A DNA stretch of 64,000 nt from Escherichia coli (GCF_041886205.1 NZ_CP169029.1); one strand, 5' to 3'. Counted from the first letter of the stretch, positions 15,183 through 26,116 are shown. Notes: generated from the letters alone by a model not told the origin. Program-made: numbers and translations.

Positions 15183-16439
15183 ATGAGTGGACTCAAACAA
15201 GAACTGGGGCTGGCCCAGGGCATTGGACTGCTATCGACGTCATTATTAGGCACTGGCGTGTTTGCCGTTCCTGCGTTAGCTGCGCTGGTAGCGGGCAATA
15301 ACAGCCTGTGGGCGTGGCCCGTTTTGATTATCTTAGTGTTCCCGATTGCGATTGTGTTTGCGATTCTGGGTCGCCACTATCCCAGTGCAGGCGGCGTCGC
15401 GCACTTCGTCGGTATGGCGTTTGGTTCGCGGCTTGAGCGAGTCACCGGCTGGCTGTTTTTATCGGTCATTCCCGTGGGTTTGCCTGCCGCGCTACAAATT
15501 GCCGCCGGGTTCGGCCAGGCGATGTTTGGCTGGCATAGCTGGCAACTGTTGTTGGCAGAACTCGGTACGCTGGCGTTGGTGTGGTATATCGGTACTCGCG
15601 GTGCCAGTTCCAGTGCAAATCTACAAACCGTTATTGCCGGACTTATCGTCGCACTGATTGTCGCTATCTGGTGGGCGGGCGATATCAAACCTGCGAGTAT
15701 CCCCTTCCCCGCGCCAGGAAATATCGAACTTACCGGGTTATTTGCTGCGTTATCAGTGATGTTCTGGTGTTTTGTCGGTCTGGAAGCATTTGCCCATCTT
15801 GCCTCGGAATTTAAAAATCCAGAACGTGATTTTCCTCGTGCTTTGATGATTGGTCTGCTGCTGGCAGGATTAGTCTACTGGGGCTGTACGGTAGTCGTCT
15901 TACACTTCGACGCCTATGGTGAACAAATGGCCGCGGCAGCATCGCTTCCAAAAATTGTAGTGCAACTGTTCGGTGTAGGAGCGTTATGGATTGCCTGCGT
16001 AATTGGCTATCTGGCCTGCTTTGCCAGTCTCAACATTTATATACAGAGCTTCGCCCGCCTGGTCTGGTCGCAGGCGCAACATAATCCTGACCACTACCTG
16101 GCACGCCTCTCTTCTCGCCATATCCCGAATAATGCCCTCAATGCGGTGCTCGGCTGCTGCGTGGTGAGCACTTTGGTGATTCATGCTTTAGAGATCAATC
16201 TGGACGCTCTTATTATTTATGCCAATGGCATCTTTATTATGATTTATCTGTTATGCATGCTGGCAGGCTGTAAATTATTGCAAGGACGTTATCGACTACT
16301 GGCGGTGGTTGGCGGGCTGTTATGCGTTCTGTTACTGGCAATGGTCGGCTGGAAAAGTCTCTATGCGCTGATCATGCTGGCGGGGTTATGGCTGTTGCTG
16401 CCAAAACGAAAAACGCCGGAAAATGGCATAACCACATAA
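15183..16439 (+). CDS. yjeH: APC-family amino-acid exporter YjeH
   Basis: 418 aa from MSGLKQELGLAQ...; multi-TM permease. Confidence 0.9.
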   Translation: MSGLKQELGLAQGIGLLSTSLLGTGVFAVPALAALVAGNNSLWAWPVLIILVFPIAIVFAILGRHYPSAGGVAHFVGMAFGSRLERVTGWLFLSVIPVGLPAALQIAAGFGQAMFGWHSWQLLLAELGTLALVWYIGTRGASSSANLQTVIAGLIVALIVAIWWAGDIKPASIPFPAPGNIELTGLFAALSVMFWCFVGLEAFAHLASEFKNPERDFPRALMIGLLLAGLVYWGCTVVVLHFDAYGEQMAAAASLPKIVVQLFGVGALWIACVIGYLACFASLNIYIQSFARLVWSQAQHNPDHYLARLSSRHIPNNALNAVLGCCVVSTLVIHALEINLDALIIYANGIFIMIYLLCMLAGCKLLQGRYRLLAVVGGLLCVLLLAMVGWKSLYALIMLAGLWLLLPKRKTPENGITT

Positions 16440-16454
16440 TCCGGCGTTTCGACA

Positions 16455-16931
16455 TTAATCCTGGCGATCGTCTTTATGATCAAGGCGGTCGCGCTCATCA
16501 TCCTTTCGCTGGTACTCACCATCAAAAGTATTACCGCCACCGGTCCCGGCGCTAAAACCGCCGCCTGGCATACGAGAAAAGCGCAAATGCGGCATCAACT
16601 TCACTGTCAGATGCTTTTGCACCGGCGGTAATAAAAGCAGAAGACCGAGGAAGTCGGTGAAAAAGCCCGGTAATAAAAGCAGCAAACCGGCAATGATCAG
16701 CGAAACACTTTTAATCATCTCCGCCGCTGGGTTTTCACCCGCCGCCATTTTTTGCTGCATCAGCACGAAATTCTTAAAGCCCTGGTTACGTACCAGTGAC
16801 ATCCCGATAACTGACGTGAATATAACCAGCACGAGGGTCAGCAATACCCCCAATACATGGGCAACCTGAATAAAGATTGAAATCTCAATATAGACATAAA
16901 GGAAAATGGCAATAAAAGGTAACCAGCGCAA
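16455..16931 (-). CDS. fxsA: inner-membrane protein FxsA
   Basis: 158-aa ORF; hydrophobic N-terminus, acidic/basic C-tail; synteny. Confidence 0.9.
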   Translation of the reverse strand: MRWLPFIAIFLYVYIEISIFIQVAHVLGVLLTLVLVIFTSVIGMSLVRNQGFKNFVLMQQKMAAGENPAAEMIKSVSLIIAGLLLLLPGFFTDFLGLLLLLPPVQKHLTVKLMPHLRFSRMPGGGFSAGTGGGNTFDGEYQRKDDERDRLDHKDDRQD

Positions 16932-17267
16932 AGGTTTCTCCTGTAATAGCAGCCGGTAAAACCCGGCTACCTGAATGGGTTGCGAATCGCGTTCAGCTTA
17001 TATTGTGGTCATTAGCAAAATTTCAAGATGTTTGCGCAACTATTTTTGGTAGTAATCCCAAAGCGGTGATCTATTTCACAAATTAATAATTAAGGGGTAA
17101 AAACCGACACTTAAAGTGATCCAGATTACGGTAGAAATCCTCAAGCAGCATATGATCTCGGGTATTCGGTCGATGCAGGGGATAATCGTCGGTCGAAAAA
17201 CATTCGAAACCACATATATTCTGTGTGTTTAAAGCAAATCATTGGCAGCTTGAAAAAGAAGGTTCAC

Positions 17268-18704
17268 ATGTCAAACAACATTCGTATCGAAGAAGATCTG
17301 TTGGGTACCAGGGAAGTTCCAGCTGATGCCTACTATGGTGTTCACACTCTGAGAGCGATTGAAAACTTCTATATCAGCAACAACAAAATCAGTGATATTC
17401 CTGAATTTGTTCGCGGTATGGTAATGGTTAAAAAAGCCGCAGCTATGGCAAACAAAGAGCTGCAAACCATTCCTAAAAGTGTAGCGAATGCCATCATTGC
17501 CGCATGTGATGAAGTCCTGAACAACGGAAAATGCATGGATCAGTTCCCGGTAGACGTCTACCAGGGCGGCGCAGGTACTTCCGTAAACATGAACACCAAC
17601 GAAGTGCTGGCCAATATCGGTCTGGAACTGATGGGTCACCAGAAAGGTGAATATCAGTACCTGAACCCGAACGACCATGTTAACAAATGTCAGTCCACTA
17701 ACGACGCCTACCCGACCGGTTTCCGTATCGCAGTTTACTCTTCCCTGATTAAGCTGGTAGATGCGATTAACCAACTGCGTGAAGGCTTTGAACGTAAAGC
17801 TGTCGAATTCCAGGACATCCTGAAAATGGGTCGTACCCAGCTGCAGGACGCAGTACCGATGACCCTCGGTCAGGAATTCCGCGCTTTCAGCATCCTGCTG
17901 AAAGAAGAAGTGAAAAATATCCAACGTACCGCTGAACTGCTGCTGGAAGTTAACCTTGGCGCAACAGCAATCGGTACTGGTCTGAACACGCCGAAAGAGT
18001 ACTCTCCGCTGGCAGTGAAAAAACTGGCTGAAGTCACTGGCTTCCCATGCGTACCGGCTGAAGACCTGATCGAAGCGACCTCTGACTGCGGCGCTTATGT
18101 TATGGTTCACGGCGCGCTGAAACGCCTGGCTGTGAAGATGTCCAAAATCTGTAACGACCTGCGCTTGCTCTCTTCTGGTCCACGTGCCGGCCTGAACGAG
18201 ATCAACCTGCCGGAACTGCAGGCGGGCTCTTCCATCATGCCAGCTAAAGTAAACCCGGTTGTTCCGGAAGTGGTTAACCAGGTATGCTTCAAAGTCATCG
18301 GTAACGACACCACTGTTACCATGGCAGCAGAAGCAGGTCAGCTGCAGTTGAACGTTATGGAGCCGGTCATTGGCCAGGCTATGTTCGAATCCGTTCACAT
18401 TCTGACCAACGCTTGCTACAACCTGCTGGAAAAATGCATTAACGGCATCACTGCTAACAAAGAAGTGTGCGAAGGTTACGTTTACAACTCTATCGGTATC
18501 GTTACTTACCTGAACCCGTTCATCGGTCACCACAACGGTGACATCGTGGGTAAAATCTGTGCCGAAACCGGTAAGAGTGTACGTGAAGTCGTTCTGGAAC
18601 GCGGTCTGTTGACTGAAGCGGAACTTGACGATATTTTCTCCGTACAGAATCTGATGCACCCGGCTTACAAAGCAAAACGCTATACTGATGAAAGCGAACA
18701 GTAA
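17268..18704 (+). CDS. aspA: aspartate ammonia-lyase
   Basis: 478 aa from [13 protein letters not shown]...; fumarase/aspartase signature [10 protein letters not shown]. Confidence 0.97.
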
Positions 18705-18728
18705 TCGTACAGGGTAGTACAAATAAAG

Positions 18729-18758
18729 AAGGCACGTCAGATGACGTGCCTTTTTTCT
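18729..18758 (+). terminator. aspA rho-independent terminator
   Basis: hairpin AAGGCACGTCAG-ATG-ACGTGCCTT followed by TTTTTTCTT. Confidence 0.85.
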
Positions 18759-18821
18759 TGTGAGCAGTAACTTAAAAACAACAATCTAATATCAACTTGT
18801 TAAAAAACAAGGAAGGCTAAT

Positions 18822-20123
18822 ATGCTAGTTGTAGAACTCATCATAGTTTTGCTGGCGATCTTCTTGGGCGCCAGATTGGGGGGAATAGGTATTGGTTTTG
18901 CAGGCGGATTGGGGGTGCTGGTTCTTGCCGCTATTGGCGTTAAACCCGGTAACATCCCGTTCGATGTCATTTCCATTATCATGGCGGTTATCGCCGCTAT
19001 TTCTGCCATGCAGGTTGCTGGCGGTCTGGACTATCTGGTTCATCAGACAGAAAAGCTGCTGCGCCGTAACCCGAAATACATCACGATCCTCGCACCTATC
19101 GTGACCTATTTCCTGACAATCTTTGCTGGTACTGGCAACATCTCTCTGGCGACACTGCCAGTTATCGCTGAAGTTGCGAAGGAACAAGGCGTTAAACCTT
19201 GCCGTCCGCTGTCTACTGCAGTGGTATCCGCGCAGATTGCGATCACCGCATCGCCAATCTCAGCGGCAGTGGTTTACATGTCTTCCGTGATGGAAGGTCA
19301 TGGCATCAGCTACCTCCATCTGCTCTCCGTGGTCATCCCGTCCACCCTGCTGGCGGTTCTGGTGATGTCCTTTCTGGTCACTATGCTGTTCAACTCCAAA
19401 CTCTCTGACGATCCGATTTATCGCAAGCGTCTGGAAGAGGGCTTGGTTGAACTGCGCGGTGAAAAGCAGATTGAAATCAAATCCGGTGCAAAAACGTCCG
19501 TTTGGCTGTTCCTGCTGGGCGTAGTTGGCGTGGTTATCTATGCAATCATCAACAGCCCAAGCATGGGTCTGGTTGAAAAACCGCTGATGAACACCACCAA
19601 CGCAATCCTGATCATCATGCTCAGCGTTGCAACTCTGACCACCGTTATCTGTAAAGTCGATACCGACAACATCCTCAACTCCAGCACCTTCAAAGCAGGT
19701 ATGAGCGCCTGTATTTGTATCCTGGGTGTTGCGTGGCTGGGCGATACTTTCGTTTCCAACAACATCGACTGGATCAAAGATACCGCTGGTGAAGTGATTC
19801 AGGGTCATCCGTGGCTGCTGGCCGTCATCTTCTTCTTTGCTTCTGCTCTGCTGTACTCTCAGGCTGCAACCGCAAAAGCACTGATGCCGATGGCTCTGGC
19901 ACTGAACGTTTCTCCGCTGACCGCTGTTGCTTCTTTCGCTGCGGTGTCTGGTCTGTTCATTCTGCCGACCTATCCGACGCTGGTTGCTGCGGTACAGATG
20001 GATGACACGGGTACTACCCGTATCGGTAAATTCGTCTTCAACCATCCGTTCTTCATCCCGGGTACTCTGGGTGTTGCCCTGGCCGTTTGCTTCGGCTTCG
20101 TGCTGGGTAGCTTCATGCTGTAA
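18822..20123 (+). CDS. dcuA: anaerobic C4-dicarboxylate transporter DcuA
   Basis: 433-aa polytopic membrane ORF; synteny after aspA. Confidence 0.95.
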   Translation: MLVVELIIVLLAIFLGARLGGIGIGFAGGLGVLVLAAIGVKPGNIPFDVISIIMAVIAAISAMQVAGGLDYLVHQTEKLLRRNPKYITILAPIVTYFLTIFAGTGNISLATLPVIAEVAKEQGVKPCRPLSTAVVSAQIAITASPISAAVVYMSSVMEGHGISYLHLLSVVIPSTLLAVLVMSFLVTMLFNSKLSDDPIYRKRLEEGLVELRGEKQIEIKSGAKTSVWLFLLGVVGVVIYAIINSPSMGLVEKPLMNTTNAILIIMLSVATLTTVICKVDTDNILNSSTFKAGMSACICILGVAWLGDTFVSNNIDWIKDTAGEVIQGHPWLLAVIFFFASALLYSQAATAKALMPMALALNVSPLTAVASFAAVSGLFILPTYPTLVAAVQMDDTGTTRIGKFVFNHPFFIPGTLGVALAVCFGFVLGSFML

Positions 20124-20238
20124 TGACCAATCGCGGGGCGTTCACGCCCCGCTTTCTTTCCCGCCGACTAACATCCTTCCCCCGTCCGTTGTATAGTGAC
20201 CTCTCTCTTGCGGTTCCATCTGTTCTTGCGAGGTGTTT

Positions 20239-20577
20239 ATGCTTGATGAAAAAAGTTCGAATACCGCGTCTGTCGTGGTGCTATGTACGGCACCAGATGA
20301 AGCGACAGCCCAGGATTTAGCCGCCAAAGTGCTGGCGGAAAAACTGGCGGCCTGCGCGACCTTGATCCCCGGCGCTACCTCTCTCTATTACTGGGAAGGT
20401 AAGCTGGAGCAAGAATACGAAGTGCAGATGATTTTAAAAACTACCGTATCTCACCAGCAGGCACTGCTGGAATGCCTGAAGTCTCATCATCCATATCAAA
20501 CCCCGGAACTTCTGGTTTTACCTGTTACACACGGAGACACAGATTACCTCTCATGGCTCAACGCATCTTTACGCTGA
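20239..20577 (+). CDS. cutA: divalent-cation tolerance protein CutA
   Basis: 112 aa from [11 protein letters not shown]... Confidence 0.93.
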
Positions 20578-22250
20578 TCCTGCTACTTTGCAGCACTTCC
20601 GTTTTTGCCGGATTATTCGACGCGCCGGGACGTTCACATTTTGTCCCCGCGGATCAAGCCTTTGCTTTTGATTTTCAGCAAAACCAACATGACCTGAATC
20701 TGACCTGGCAGATCAAAGACGGTTACTACCTCTACCGTAAACAGATCCGCATTACGCCGGAACACGCGAAAATTGCCGACGTGCAGCTGCCGCAAGGCGT
20801 CTGGCATGAAGATGAGTTTTACGGCAAAAGCGAGATTTACCGCGATCGGCTGACGCTTCCCGTAACCATCAACCAGGCGAGTGCGGGAGCGACGTTAACT
20901 GTCACCTACCAGGGCTGTGCTGATGCCGGTTTCTGTTATCCGCCAGAAACCAAAACCGTTCCGTTAAGCGAAGTGGTAGCCAACAACGCAGCGTCACAGC
21001 CTGTGTCTGTTCCGCAGCAAGAGCAGCACACCGCGCAATTGCCCTTTTCCGCGCTCTGGGCGTTGTTGATCGGTATTGGTATCGCCTTTACGCCATGCGT
21101 GCTGCCAATGTACCCACTGATTTCTGGCATCGTGCTGGGTGGTAAACAGCGGCTCTCCACTGCCAGAGCATTGTTGCTGACCTTTATTTATGTGCAGGGG
21201 ATGGCACTGACTTACACGGCGCTGGGTCTGGTAGTTGCCGCCGCAGGGTTACAGTTCCAGGCGGCGCTACAGCACCCATACGTGCTCATTGGCCTCGCCA
21301 TCGTCTTTACCTTGCTGGCGATGTCAATGTTTGGCTTGTTTACTCTACAACTCCCCTCTTCGCTGCAAACACGTCTCACGTTGATGAGCAATCGCCAACA
21401 GGGCGGCTCACCTGGCGGTGTGTTTGTTATGGGGGCGATTGCCGGACTGATCTGTTCACCATGCACCACCGCACCGCTTAGCGCGATTCTGCTGTATATC
21501 GCCCAAAGCGGGAACATGTGGCTGGGCGGCGGCACGCTTTATCTCTATGCGTTGGGCATGGGCCTGCCGCTGATGCTAATTACCGTCTTTGGTAACCGCT
21601 TGCTGCCGAAAAGCGGCCCGTGGATGGAACAAGTCAAAACCGCGTTTGGTTTTGTGATCCTCGCACTGCCGGTCTTCCTGCTGGAGCGAGTGATTGGTGA
21701 TGTATGGGGATTACGCTTGTGGTCGGCGCTGGGTGTCGCATTCTTTGGCTGGGCCTTTATCACCAGCCTACAGGCTAAACGCGGCTGGATGCGTATTGTG
21801 CAAATTATTCTGCTGGCAGCGGCATTGGTTAGCGTGCGCCCACTTCAGGATTGGGCATTTGGTGCGACGCATACCGCGCAAACTCAGACGCATCTCAACT
21901 TTACACAAATCAAAACGGTAGATGAGTTAAATCAGGCGCTCGTTGAAGCCAAAGGCAAACCGGTGATGTTAGATCTTTATGCCGACTGGTGCGTCGCCTG
22001 TAAAGAGTTTGAGAAATACACCTTCAGCGACCCGCAGGTGCAAAAAGCGTTAGCAGACACGGTCTTACTTCAGGCCAACGTCACTGCTAACGACGCACAA
22101 GATGTGGCGCTGTTAAAGCATCTTAATGTCCTTGGCCTACCGACAATTCTCTTTTTTGACGGACAAGGCCAGGAGCATCCACAAGCACGCGTCACGGGCT
22201 TTATGGATGCTGAAACCTTCAGCGCACATTTGCGCGATCGCCAACCGTGA
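20553..22250 (+). CDS. dsbD: thiol:disulfide interchange protein DsbD
   Basis: 565 aa from [12 protein letters not shown]...; periplasmic N-domain, TM core, C-terminal thioredoxin CVAC motif; overlaps cutA 3' end. Confidence 0.96.
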
Positions 22251-22286
22251 ACGACACTTGCAGTGGGAAAGACGGAGGAAAATAGC

Positions 22287-22862
22287 GTGCAACGTGAAGA
22301 TGTACTGGGAGAAGCCCTGAAATTATTAGAATTACAAGGGATTGCCAACACCACGCTGGAGATGGTTGCTGAACGTGTGGATTATCCACTGGACGAGCTA
22401 CGCCGCTTCTGGCCAGACAAAGAGGCAATCCTCTACGATGCGCTGCGTTATCTTAGCCAACAGATAGATGTCTGGCGTCGTCAGCTGATGCTGGACGAAA
22501 CGCAAACCGCCGAACAAAAGCTGCTGGCACGTTATCAGGCGTTATCGGAGTGCGTTAAAAACAACCGCTATCCGGGCTGTCTATTTATCGCTGCCTGTAC
22601 GTTTTATCCCGATCCTGGCCACCCTATTCATCAACTGGCCGATCAGCAAAAAAGCGCGGCCTACGATTTCACCCACGAACTGTTAACCACACTGGAAGTT
22701 GACGATCCGGCGATGGTAGCAAAGCAGATGGAACTGGTGCTGGAAGGCTGTTTAAGCCGAATGCTGGTGAATCGTAGCCAGGCGGATGTCGACACTGCAC
22801 ATCGGCTGGCGGAAGATATCCTGCGCTTCGCCCGCTGCCGCCAGGGTGGTGCATTGACCTGA
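22287..22862 (+). CDS. yjdC: TetR-family transcriptional regulator YjdC
   Basis: 191-aa product, probable GTG start ([12 protein letters not shown]...); N-terminal HTH. Confidence 0.85.
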
Positions 22863-22929
22863 CAGAAACACAGAAAAGAAGCGATTTGCCGCAATCTTAA
22901 GCAGTTGAATCGCTTTTACTGAAATTAGG

Positions 22930-22958
22930 TTGACGAGATGTGCAGATTACGGTTTAAT
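22930..22958 (+). promoter_or_regulatory. pheU tRNA promoter (-35 TTGACG, 17 bp, -10 TTTAAT, GC-rich discriminator)
   Basis: hexamers read at 22930-22935 and 22953-22958, 10 bp upstream of the tRNA 5' end. Confidence 0.65.
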
Positions 22959-22968
22959 GCGCCCCGTT

Positions 22969-23044
22969 GCCCGGATAGCTCAGTCGGTAGAGCAGGGGAT
23001 TGAAAATCCCCGTGTCCTTGGTTCGATTCCGAGTCCGGGCACCA
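22969..23044 (+). tRNA. pheU: tRNA-Phe (GAA anticodon)
   Basis: GCCCGGATAGCTCAGTCGGTAGAGCAGGGGATTGAAAATCCCCGTGTCCTTGGTTCGATTCCGAGTCCGGGCACCA; called pheU rather than pheV from yjdC flank. Confidence 0.97.
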
Positions 23045-23056
23045 AATTCATATCAA

Positions 23057-23082
23057 CGGACCTCCACGGAGGTCCGTTTTTC
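23057..23082 (+). terminator. tRNA-Phe terminator hairpin
   Basis: CGGACCTCC-ac-GGAGGTCCG followed by TTTTTCG. Confidence 0.8.
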
Positions 23083-23241
23083 GTTTCAGAACGCCACAAT
23101 TTAAGCGTTCTACCTACAAATCAATTCTACCGAACTCAACCAGATTCCCCCCACATCAACCCCATTGTGTGGGTATAATTGCGGGCATACCCCAGTTCGA
23201 CAGAATTTGTACCCTCTTTAACGCATTCAGAAGGCTATACT

Positions 23242-24504
23242 ATGGCACTGACTGACGCAAAAATCCGGGCTGCAAAGCCCACTGACAAGGCTTATAAACT
23301 CACTGACGGGGCTGGCATGTTCCTACTGGTTCATCCTAATGGTTCCCGTTACTGGCGTCTCCGTTATCGTATTCTGGGTAAGGAGAAGACTCTGGCACTT
23401 GGTGTGTATCCAGAAGTTTCTCTCTCCGAAGCTCGTACAAAACGGGATGAGGCCCGAAAACTGATTTCGGAGGGGATTGACCCTTGCGAACTGAAAAGAG
23501 CTAAAAAAGTAGTCCCTGATTTACAACTCTCTTTTGAACATATTGCACGACGCTGGCATGCCAGTAATAAACAATGGGCACAATCACACAGCGATAAAGT
23601 ACTCAAAAGCCTCGAGACACACGTTTTCCCCTTTATCGGCAACCGGGATATCACAACACTCAGTACCCCGGACCTGCTTATCCCTGTTCGTGCTGCAGAA
23701 GCTAAACAAATTTATGAAATCGCCAGTCGTCTGCAGCAAAGAATATCTGCTGTAATGCGTTATGCCGTACAGTCTGGCATCATCAGATATAACCCGGCTC
23801 TGGATATGGCTGGTGCATTGACCACGGTAAAACGCCAGCATCGCCCTGCACTGGATCTTTCACGCCTGCCTGAACTTCTGTCGCGTATTGACGGTTATAA
23901 AGGCCAGCCTGTCACCCGACTGGCAGTTATGCTGAATTTACTGGTTTTTATTCGTTCCAGTGAACTCAGATACGCCCGCTGGTCTGAAATTGATATTGAC
24001 AATGCCATGTGGACTATTCCAGCCGAACGCGAACCTCTGCCTGGCGTAAAATTCTCACACCGGGGCTCCAAGATGCGAACACCACATCTTGTGCCACTCA
24101 GCAAACAGGCTGTAGCCATACTGGCAGAACTACAGACATGGGCTGGTGAAAATGGTCTGATCTTTACGGGAGCACATGACCCGCGTAAACCAATCAGTGA
24201 AAATACTGTAAATAAAGCCCTGAGGGTGATGGGGTATGACACAACCCAGGATGTCTGTGGCCATGGATTCCGGGCGATGGCGTGCAGTGCATTGATTGAA
24301 TCAGGTTTGTGGTCCCGCGATGCTGTGGAACGTCAGATGAGCCATCAGGAGCGTAATGGTGTACGTGCTGCGTATATCCATAAAGCAGAACATCTGGAAG
24401 AACGGCGACTGATGTTGCAATGGTGGGCCGATTTTCTGGATGCGAACCGGGAGAAGGGTATCAGTCCGTTTGAATATGCAAAAATTAACAATCCATTAAA
24501 ATAG
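23242..24504 (+). CDS. P4-family tyrosine integrase, tRNA-Phe associated
   Basis: 441-aa ORF, about 420-aa product from MALTDAKIRAAKPTDKAYKLTDGAG; C-terminal catalytic HGFR ... AAYIH (H-x-x-R / Tyr); immediately 3' of tRNA. Confidence 0.88.
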   Translation: MALTDAKIRAAKPTDKAYKLTDGAGMFLLVHPNGSRYWRLRYRILGKEKTLALGVYPEVSLSEARTKRDEARKLISEGIDPCELKRAKKVVPDLQLSFEHIARRWHASNKQWAQSHSDKVLKSLETHVFPFIGNRDITTLSTPDLLIPVRAAEAKQIYEIASRLQQRISAVMRYAVQSGIIRYNPALDMAGALTTVKRQHRPALDLSRLPELLSRIDGYKGQPVTRLAVMLNLLVFIRSSELRYARWSEIDIDNAMWTIPAEREPLPGVKFSHRGSKMRTPHLVPLSKQAVAILAELQTWAGENGLIFTGAHDPRKPISENTVNKALRVMGYDTTQDVCGHGFRAMACSALIESGLWSRDAVERQMSHQERNGVRAAYIHKAEHLEERRLMLQWWADFLDANREKGISPFEYAKINNPLK

Positions 24505-24590
24505 TAAGCAGTCCGGGCAATCAGCCCGGACTGCTGGTGATGCTGCCAACTTACTGATTTAGTGTATGATGGTGTTTTTGAGGTGCTCCA

Positions 24591-24866
24591 GTGGCTTCTG
24601 TTTCTATCAGCTGTCCCTCCTGTTCAGCTACTGACGGGGTGGTACGTAACGGCAAAAGCACCGCCGGACATCAGCGCTATCTCTGCTCTCACTGCCGTAA
24701 AACATGGCAACTGCAGTTCACTTACACCGCTTCTCAACCCGGTACGCACCAGAAAATCATTGATATGGCCATGAATGGCGTTGGATGCCGGGCAACTGCC
24801 CGCATTATGGGCGTTGGCCTCAACACGATTTTACGTCACTTAAAAAACTCAGGCCGCAGTCGGTAA
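24591..24866 (+). CDS. insA: IS1 InsA
   Basis: 91-aa [20 protein letters not shown]...; zinc-finger/HTH protein of IS1. Confidence 0.95.
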
Positions 24867-25288
24867 CCTCGCGCATACAGCCGGGCAGTGACGTCATCGT
24901 CTGCGCGGAAATGGACGAACAGTGGGGCTATGTCGGGGCTAAATCGCGCCAGCGCTGGCTGTTTTACGCGTATGACAGGCTCCGGAAGACGGTTGTTGCG
25001 CACGTATTCGGTGAACGCACTATGGCGACGCTGGAGCGTCTTCTGGGCCTGCTGTCGGCCTTTGAGGTCGTGGTATGGATGACGGATGGCTGGCCGCTTT
25101 ATGAATCACGCCTGAAGGGAGAACTGCACGTTATCAGCAAGCGATATACGCAGCGCATTGAGCGGCATAACCTGAATCTGAGGCAGCATCTGGCAAGGCT
25201 GGGCAGGAAGTCACTGTCGTTCTCAAAATCGGTGGAGCTGCATGACAAAGTTATCGGGCATTATCTGAACATAAAACACTATCAATAA
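24785..25288 (+). CDS. insB: IS1 InsB (expressed as InsAB' transposase by -1 frameshift)
   Basis: 167-aa ORF in -1 frame relative to insA; matches IS1 InsB. Confidence 0.9.
24840..24848 (+). promoter_or_regulatory. IS1 programmed -1 ribosomal frameshift site (TTAAAAAAC)
   Basis: A6C slippery run at the insA/insB overlap. Confidence 0.8.
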
Positions 25289-25354
25289 GTTGGAGTCATT
25301 ACCCGCTTTGCTTTAGCGAGAACTGGTCTTTTATTCGCACTCAGGAGTACATGT

Positions 25355-26116
25355 ATGAGGATTTGCAGCGACCAACCTTGTATTGTTTTATTGACTGAAA
25401 AAGATGTCTGGATAAGGGTGAATGGGAAAGAACCTATTAGCCTTAAAGCTAACCATATGGCGTTATTAAATTGTGAAAATAATATTATCGACGTCTCCTC
25501 TCTTAACAACACTTTGGTTGCTCATATTAGTCACGACATCATCAAAGATTACCTCCGGTTTCTGAATAAAGATCTCTCGCAAATACCAGTATGGCAACGT
25601 AGCGCTACGCCCATACTCACCCTGCCATGCCTGACGCCAGACGTCTTTCGCGTTGCCGCGCAACACAGCATGATGCCCGCAGAAACTGAGTCAGAAAAGG
25701 AACGAACACGCGCATTATTATTCACGGTGCTATCCCGTTTTCTCGACAGTAAAAAATTCGTTTCATTAATGATGTATATGTTACGTAATTGTGTAAGTGA
25801 CAGCGTTTATCAAATTATTGAAAGCGATATTCACAAAGACTGGAATCTTAGTATGGTAGCCAGTTGTTTATGTCTTAGCCCAAGTCTGTTAAAGAAAAAG
25901 TTGAAAAGCGAAAACACCAGTTATAGCCAAATAATCACCACCTGCCGCATGCGTTATGCCGTAAATGAATTAATGATGGACGGTAAAAATATCTCTCAGG
26001 TATCACAGTCCTGCGGCTACAACAGTACGTCGTACTTTATTTCTGTCTTTAAAGACTTCTACGGTATGACGCCGCTGCATTATGTTAGTCAGCACAGAGA
26101 ACGCACTGTCGCCTGA
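25355..26116 (+). CDS. adiY: AraC-family regulator AdiY
   Basis: 253-aa ORF; C-terminal AraC HTH; immediately upstream of adiC. Confidence 0.92.
   Translation: MRICSDQPCIVLLTEKDVWIRVNGKEPISLKANHMALLNCENNIIDVSSLNNTLVAHISHDIIKDYLRFLNKDLSQIPVWQRSATPILTLPCLTPDVFRVAAQHSMMPAETESEKERTRALLFTVLSRFLDSKKFVSLMMYMLRNCVSDSVYQIIESDIHKDWNLSMVASCLCLSPSLLKKKLKSENTSYSQIITTCRMRYAVNELMMDGKNISQVSQSCGYNSTSYFISVFKDFYGMTPLHYVSQHRERTVA

Larger units (their letters stand above)
24536..25303 (+). mobile_element. complete IS1 element (768 bp)
   Basis: terminal inverted repeats GGTGATGCTGCCAACTTACTGAT (24536-24558) and ATCAATAAGTTGGAGTCATTACC (25281-25303); contains insA and insB. Confidence 0.95.

Noticed and set aside
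17271-18722. 483-aa ORF on the minus strand
   Set aside because: Antisense to aspA over its whole length; no start context or domain; shadow ORF.
22930-23178. 82-aa plus-strand ORF
   Set aside because: Runs straight through the tRNA-Phe gene and its terminator; not coding.
23045-24535. Search for island cargo (defence, toxin-antitoxin or virulence genes) downstream of the pheU integrase
   Set aside because: No additional ORF lies between the integrase stop and IS1; the minus-strand ORFs inside int (96, 85 and 115 aa) are antisense shadows.
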